NCBI GenBank assembly: GCA_038230375.1
Contig: JBBRNJ010000037.1
Location: 1-64,000 of the forward strand
DNA from: Polyangiales bacterium
GTDB lineage: Bacteria > Myxococcota_A > Polyangia > Polyangiales > Polyangiaceae
Reading direction: 5' to 3'
Length of the DNA: 64,000 nt
The notes below the pieces were generated by a model, which worked only from the letters and a program-made list of their open reading frames with translations, ran no database searches and had not been told where the DNA came from. The translations under genes were made by a program, and so were the position numbers. Of this stretch, positions 58,745 to 64,000 are shown in pieces (position 1 is the first letter of the stretch; each line of letters starts with the position of its first letter).

Positions 58745-59899
58745 CTAGTGAGCGTGCGCGGAGATTGAAAGAGCGAACGCGTCGTTGGTCCCATCGGTGA
58801 GCGCCGTCGGGACGCCATTTTTCCAGACCTTCGCGACCTGCTTGGTGCCCGAAAACTCGTGCCCGGCGACATAGACGTCGCCCGAATGCACGGTAACCGC
58901 TAGGCCAGTGGCGCTGTGGGTTCCATCTGTCAGTGACGTGACGGCGCCGTTCTTCCAGGTCTGGGCGACATAGCTGGCTCCAATGAGCTCGGAGCCTGCG
59001 GCATAGACGTCGCTACCGGAGAGCGCGACGGAGTACGCAACGGCATCGTTGGTGCCGTCGGTGAGCGACGTGGGCATGCCGTTCTTCCAGGTCCGGGCGA
59101 CCGTCTTTGTTCCATTCGATTCATGCCCGGCGACGTAGACATCGCTTCCGAACAGGACAAGCGAACGGGCAATTGCACTGTTGGTTCCGTCCGTGAGCGC
59201 GGTCGGCACGCCGTTCTTCCAGGTCCTGGCAACGCTCTTGGTTCCGTTCGACGCGTAGCCCGCGATGAAGACATCGCTTCCCGAAAGGGAGAGCGAGAAT
59301 GCGGTGGCGTTCGCGGTTCCATCCGTGAGGACGGTTGCCGTGCCGTTCTTCCAGAGCTTCGCCACGTATTTCGTTCCGTTGGATTCGTAGCCCGCAGCGT
59401 AGACATCGCCTCCGGACACGGCGAGCGACGTCGCGCCAGAGTCATTGGTGCCATCCGTGAGTGGCGTGGGTACGCCATTCTTCCAGATGATGGCGACGTA
59501 CTGCGTTCCGTTGAACTCGTATCCAGCGACGTAGACGTCGGTGCCGGATACCACGAGGGCGTACGCCACGGCATCCGGCTGCTCGGTGTTGCCGAGGGGC
59601 ATGTGCCCCTTCGAGCCATTGGTGAGTGAGGTGGGCGACCCATTCTTCCAGTACTTCGCCAAATCGGTCGTGCCGTTGGATTCGAAGCCGGTTGCATAGA
59701 TGTCGATAGCGGGCGCCGAGGAGTCCGCCGCCTGCGCGGCCTGATCGGGCGCCGCGTCTTGCGCTCCGCCATCTGCGTCTGACTGCAGGGCTGCGCTGTG
59801 AGAAGAACACGCCGCGAGACCAACTCCAGTGAGCGCTCCCACAGCCAGGAGCGCGCGACGAAAAACCTGTGAGGTGGTTCGCGTGGTGATGCGCGTCAC
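58745..59899 (-). CDS. Lipoprotein with seven 44-aa WKNG repeats (probable beta-propeller)
   Basis: GTG overlaps the upstream stop; lipobox LAAC; DVY.AG.E.NGT..VA..WKNG....LTDG repeated. Confidence 0.85.
   Translation of the reverse strand: MTRITTRTTSQVFRRALLAVGALTGVGLAACSSHSAALQSDADGGAQDAAPDQAAQAADSSAPAIDIYATGFESNGTTDLAKYWKNGSPTSLTNGSKGHMPLGNTEQPDAVAYALVVSGTDVYVAGYEFNGTQYVAIIWKNGVPTPLTDGTNDSGATSLAVSGGDVYAAGYESNGTKYVAKLWKNGTATVLTDGTANATAFSLSLSGSDVFIAGYASNGTKSVARTWKNGVPTALTDGTNSAIARSLVLFGSDVYVAGHESNGTKTVARTWKNGMPTSLTDGTNDAVAYSVALSGSDVYAAGSELIGASYVAQTWKNGAVTSLTDGTHSATGLAVTVHSGDVYVAGHEFSGTKQVAKVWKNGVPTALTDGTNDAFALSISAHAH
58770..59700. repeat. 132-bp period intragenic tandem repeat
   Basis: TCTTCCAG recurs at 58951, 59083, 59215, 59347 (132-nt spacing); outer boundaries approximate. 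Confidence 0.8.
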
Positions 59900-61305
59900 A
59901 GGCACGATTGGATGATGCCGTTCTGGCTCAATGGGCTGGGATTCGAGCCGTTCGCGCAGTTGGGGCAGGTGTAGAGCGTGTTGGGGGCTCCGCATGCAAC
60001 CGTGGTGTGGAACGCGGACTGCGCGCTTGGGCTGCAGAAGAGGCCGCCGCAGCTGTGTCCCGTTGAGGTGGTGCCAGAACACGTGACCTTCGAGCAGAGC
60101 TTGAACATCCCGATGTTGACGTACCCACATCCGGAGCACGTTCCGCCAGAGATCTCCGCGTAGGTCTTCGTCGTCGCGCCGTTGCAATTGTAGTCGTAGA
60201 GCATGTTGCCCACGCCGTAGCCCGTGGACTGTGCGGTGGCCTGGTTGGGGTGCACGAGCTTGCCCTTCGCGTCGTTGACGTCGTAGCAGTCCGTGTTGTT
60301 CTGCACGTAGCCGGGGCCCGGCGGAACGGGCAGCCCACCATCCGGATTCGCGACACAGCCGGGGGCCGCGTGCGTTCCGTCTGCCGTCGGTCCAGGAACC
60401 GCGCTCTTGTCACCGTAGCCATCGCCGTCGGCGTCCGGATACCAGAGCTGGCACGTCCCGCCGGGACACGCCGCGCACAGGCACTGGCCGACCTTACCGC
60501 CCTGCGTGCAGCTGCCGCCGGTGATGTTGCATTCGTCGTTGCAGCACACCGTCCCGCCGGAGCCGCTGGGACCCGTGACGCAGTGTGCGCTCTGGCATTG
60601 TGTCAGTGCGGCGCATGCGGTGCCGTTCGCGAACTTGGGCTGGCACTTGCCCATCGCGTTGCAGAAGCTGGTGGGCGCGCAGTCGGTCTCGGCGACGCAC
60701 GACGCCGCGCAGCCGCCATCCGGCTCTCCCTCGCACGCGTAGGTCCCGCATGAATCGACGCCGAGCTGGCAGTGGCCCTTGGAGTCGCAGGCGGCGCGCC
60801 CTTGGTCGATTGTCGTGTTGCAGAAGGAGCCTCCGCACGACGTAGCGCGGCCGGGATATCCGCACGCGCGCTTGCCATCGCACACGCCTGTGCAGGTCAC
60901 ATCATTCAAGGCCACGCCGCCGTCGGGCAGATTGAGATCGCCGCCGTCATCGGCGACACCGGCCTCGGGGAGCGCGAGTGCTGCGCATTCCTTGTCGGGA
61001 TCCTGGCCTGCTGGCACGGGCGTGCACTTTCCGACACTGCCGCCTTGCGAGCAGCTCTCACAGACGCCGTTGCATGGCGAATCGCAGCACAGTCCGTCGG
61101 CGCAATTGCCGCTCTGGCAGTCGTTGCCCATCACGCACTTCAGGCCGAGGGTCTTCGAACCAGCTCCCGTGTCCGCGGACGCCTCGTCCGTGCTGGCGTC
61201 ATCGCTCGTCGCGGTGGTCGAGTCGCCGACGCAACCAGAGAGCCCTTGCGCGCCCCACCCAACAGCCCCGGCGAGCAGCGCAAACACGACAAATTTCCGC
61301 CCCAT
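59896..61305 (-). CDS. Cys-rich lipoprotein with MopE-like putative metal-binding motif
   Basis: Lipobox LSGC; C.SG.C.DG.CC repeats; WYPDADGDGYG ... DCYD ... VHP. Confidence 0.85.
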   Translation of the reverse strand: MGRKFVVFALLAGAVGWGAQGLSGCVGDSTTATSDDASTDEASADTGAGSKTLGLKCVMGNDCQSGNCADGLCCDSPCNGVCESCSQGGSVGKCTPVPAGQDPDKECAALALPEAGVADDGGDLNLPDGGVALNDVTCTGVCDGKRACGYPGRATSCGGSFCNTTIDQGRAACDSKGHCQLGVDSCGTYACEGEPDGGCAASCVAETDCAPTSFCNAMGKCQPKFANGTACAALTQCQSAHCVTGPSGSGGTVCCNDECNITGGSCTQGGKVGQCLCAACPGGTCQLWYPDADGDGYGDKSAVPGPTADGTHAAPGCVANPDGGLPVPPGPGYVQNNTDCYDVNDAKGKLVHPNQATAQSTGYGVGNMLYDYNCNGATTKTYAEISGGTCSGCGYVNIGMFKLCSKVTCSGTTSTGHSCGGLFCSPSAQSAFHTTVACGAPNTLYTCPNCANGSNPSPLSQNGIIQSCL

Positions 61306-61369
61306 CGCCCGATCCTAGCCACATGTGGCGCGCGTCGCCAGCCGGAAGCGAGGTTGGGGCCGTCGGTCG

Positions 61370-62152
61370 TCAGCGCGCTTGCGGTCGGGGCGGCGCGGGA
61401 TGATGCGCCTTGGCGTGCGCGACGAAGCGAAGGGCGGACTCAGGGACTGCCCGGCCTGCACCGACGACCGGGGCCATGTGGCTCTTGCCGGTACCCGTGA
61501 CCACGTCGAACCCGCCGACGTAGAGATCTTGCGAACCATCGGTGGCGCCATACAGGTAGCCCCAGCCCGCGACCTTTGGCGCGTCCGCGTCGACGGTGAA
61601 GCGCGTCCAGTGCAAGCCGGACGCGACCACGTCCGATCGGGCTGGATCGGGAACCAGCTCGAAGTACCCGGGCATCCCGGTGCCATCGTCATCGGACGTG
61701 ATCACGGCGGGAAAGACGCCGGTGACGTTCTTGGATTTCGCCCCCACCCACAACCCTGCGGTGTACGCGACCGACGGCAGCTTGAACGTCACGCCGAACG
61801 TCACGCCGCGCGCGTTCTGCGATGCGCCGGGTATGAAGACGGCCGCTTGTCCTGCGGGGCTCTGTCCGAAGGCGACGCGATTGACGTGTACCGTCGAGGC
61901 GCCGGTCTGCGGATCGGTGAAGAACCACTGGTGAAGCTCGATCAGCGGATCACTGACGCGGTTCTCCACGTCACCCCCCGCAAAGAGCGGGACGGTGATC
62001 AACTTGCGCACGGCCGTGGACGCAGCGCCGCCATCGTCACGCGGCGTGGTCCCTGCGTCGTTCGCGACATTCACGGGATTGCTGGACGACTCGCCGCCGC
62101 ACGCAATGAGCATCACGGCCGCGCAACCGCAGAAGAGAGCAACGCGCTTCAT
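61370..62152 (-). CDS. Lipoprotein, hypothetical
   Basis: MKRVALFCGCAAVMLIAC; GGAGG RBS; ATGA overlap with the upstream gene. Confidence 0.8.
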   Translation of the reverse strand: MKRVALFCGCAAVMLIACGGESSSNPVNVANDAGTTPRDDGGAASTAVRKLITVPLFAGGDVENRVSDPLIELHQWFFTDPQTGASTVHVNRVAFGQSPAGQAAVFIPGASQNARGVTFGVTFKLPSVAYTAGLWVGAKSKNVTGVFPAVITSDDDGTGMPGYFELVPDPARSDVVASGLHWTRFTVDADAPKVAGWGYLYGATDGSQDLYVGGFDVVTGTGKSHMAPVVGAGRAVPESALRFVAHAKAHHPAPPRPQAR

Positions 62153-63999
62153 GGCGCCTCCAGCCACGCACGGGCGGCGTTCATCAGGGTGTCCTGTCCG
62201 TTGATGGCGTCGCTCTGCTTCTCCAGGACGACCTCGTCCGGTGAAACACCCACCGCGCTCTCGAAGACGCGATTCGGGTCCTTGTCCGCACTGGTGAAGA
62301 TGCTGTCCTGTATCTGGAGTGAGCCACCGGACGCCGCGACCATGTAGGTCGGAAACATCATGACCGATCCGTAGCCGCCCATCGTGGGCACTGGTGAGAA
62401 CAGCCGGGTTGGACCGTTGCGCGTCTTGATCATGCGCGTGAGGTAGTCATTGCCGGACACATCCAGCCCGCCCAGGAGCGCGAGCTTGGAGGCCGCATTG
62501 TTCTTCGAGAATCCGGTCCCGTCGTAGACGAACTGCAGATACTGCGCGCACTCCTTGGACGACGCCGACCAGCACGTCCGCATGGGTCCGAGTGAGCTCT
62601 CCAGCTGCGCGCTCTCCAGATTGGGAATCAGCTCGGCGCGCACGGGCACTGGTCCGTCGAAGAAGCTGCCGAACAGGAGCGGAAACGCCGGATCGGACCA
62701 CCCTCCGTTGCCCTCACGCTCATCAAGGAGGAATTTCGCGCGCGGCACGCTGACCGCATTCTGGACTGCCGCCTTCCACTCGGGGCCTCCTTCATAGACC
62801 TCCGCGGGCACTCCGTTGATCATGAGTAGTCGCGTGTCGGCCGCCAGATCGACCGAGCCCGCAAATGCGTATTCGTAAGTCTGCGCCCCCTGGATGGGGC
62901 GCGTGAATCGCGAATCGCAAGGCGTGCGCGTGATATCCGCGGTGGTGAGGTTGCCATTCCAGATCTTCGCGCCTGCGAGCGCAGCAGCATCCACCTTGAT
63001 GATGACCACTTCGTTTGCCGTGCACGGCGTGGTCGAATGAGAGGCACGATCGCAGCGCGCAAACTCCAGCATCGCGCCCGTGTGTGCTGCGATGCCGGGA
63101 AGGAGGAGCGACTGATACACCGCCGCGCTCCGTGGATCGCCGGGTTGGAAGAAGAGTCGCTTCGCCCCGTCCATGAACGCGGCGACGGGCACACCGTTCA
63201 CCCTGGTCAGCACGTCACCCGGCTGCACAAGGGCGCCACCGGCCTTCTTTGCGTCGGATTGATAGACGATCGGAACGGCAGCGGTCGCGTCCGCCCCGGG
63301 CAACAGGTCGGCTGCACCAGCGCCGAGGCAGATGCCCAGATCGGGCGCCGTGGTCGGGAATCCGGAGACGGGGGACGAATGCGCATCGCGAAGCGCTTCG
63401 ATCGAGCGCAGCGCCTTCCAGAAGGACTTGGCATCCGCAAACGACGTGGCGGTCGCCATCTGCGCATCCACGTCAGCCATGTGCGAGAGCGCATATCGCC
63501 CGCCGGAGAAGGTCCGCGTGACGAAGCGAACGCGATCCACGTACGCCTTCCTGACCTCCGCATCCTGCGGCACGGTGCCCAGGACGGACGCCGCGTCGGC
63601 GCACTTTCCAGCGAAACAGACCCCGCTCGCACCGCACACCGCGTCCTCGTTCGTCAGCGTGCATGCCGCATCGGGCACCGCTGCCGCGCCAAGGTCCTGG
63701 ATCTCGAACGCATCGATGGCGACGCGCGTGTCGTCTCGCGCGTCCACGCCGGACGTGGGAAACACCGCGCCTGGATCGAGAGTGGTGTTCCTCACAGCCA
63801 GATCACGGATGAAGATCGTAGGCGCGAGCACGTGCGCGAGCGCAAAGTCGATCGGCCCCGTCTCGAGCTCACGGAAACCGTCGTCGGTCCCCCGCCCTGT
63901 CGGCGTGAAGCGTACGGTCGCGATCTCCTCGCCCGCTGAAAGCCACGAGATGTAGACCTCTGCCTGCGTGCCGAGCTGCGGGTTTCCTGGTGCTCCCGG
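62149..63999 (-). CDS. S41-like peptidase with PDZ domain, N-terminus outside the window
   Basis: Frame stays open to the window edge; LRDAHS; PGDVLTRVNG (PDZ); LLDEREGNGG; VSGND; T.GG; ES..GV.PD.VV. Confidence 0.7.
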   Translation of the reverse strand, partial: PGAPGNPQLGTQAEVYISWLSAGEEIATVRFTPTGRGTDDGFRELETGPIDFALAHVLAPTIFIRDLAVRNTTLDPGAVFPTSGVDARDDTRVAIDAFEIQDLGAAAVPDAACTLTNEDAVCGASGVCFAGKCADAASVLGTVPQDAEVRKAYVDRVRFVTRTFSGGRYALSHMADVDAQMATATSFADAKSFWKALRSIEALRDAHSSPVSGFPTTAPDLGICLGAGAADLLPGADATAAVPIVYQSDAKKAGGALVQPGDVLTRVNGVPVAAFMDGAKRLFFQPGDPRSAAVYQSLLLPGIAAHTGAMLEFARCDRASHSTTPCTANEVVIIKVDAAALAGAKIWNGNLTTADITRTPCDSRFTRPIQGAQTYEYAFAGSVDLAADTRLLMINGVPAEVYEGGPEWKAAVQNAVSVPRAKFLLDEREGNGGWSDPAFPLLFGSFFDGPVPVRAELIPNLESAQLESSLGPMRTCWSASSKECAQYLQFVYDGTGFSKNNAASKLALLGGLDVSGNDYLTRMIKTRNGPTRLFSPVPTMGGYGSVMMFPTYMVAASGGSLQIQDSIFTSADKDPNRVFESAVGVSPDEVVLEKQSDAINGQDTLMNAARAWLEAP

Positions 64000-64000
64000 A

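Overview
High-GC chromosomal region that looks myxobacterial, probably Polyangia/Labilithrix-like (inferred from a MYXO-CTERM protein, a PEGA/TPR protein, Cys-rich lipoproteins, a Ser/Thr kinase and a STAND ATPase). It holds about 57 CDS, roughly 25 of them predicted lipoproteins or exported proteins of mostly unknown function. Recognisable genes are an enlarged GlmS, adenosine deaminase, ureidoglycolate lyase, a BVMO + alpha/beta hydrolase divergent from a GntR regulator, an MlaE/F/D + PqiC-like operon, a DUF3494 ice-binding protein, a YpfJ metallopeptidase and an LpqP-type esterase. I saw no rRNA, tRNA, CRISPR array, integrase or transposase. The most unusual signals are: (i) a catalytically dead trypsin fused to a putative His-Cys clan-CD peptidase domain, and a second dead trypsin fused to two ricin-B lectins; (ii) a CheB pseudo-enzyme with a C-terminal receiver; (iii) two copies (long and internally deleted) of a MITE/REP-like palindromic element, each overlapping a stop codon; (iv) a pervasive D-[AG]-G motif in exported proteins; (v) sigma54-like promoters with a shared 15-bp upstream element; (vi) a frameshifted HEAT-repeat gene with a histone-H1-like tail. 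All family calls come from recognising motifs by eye; no searches were run.
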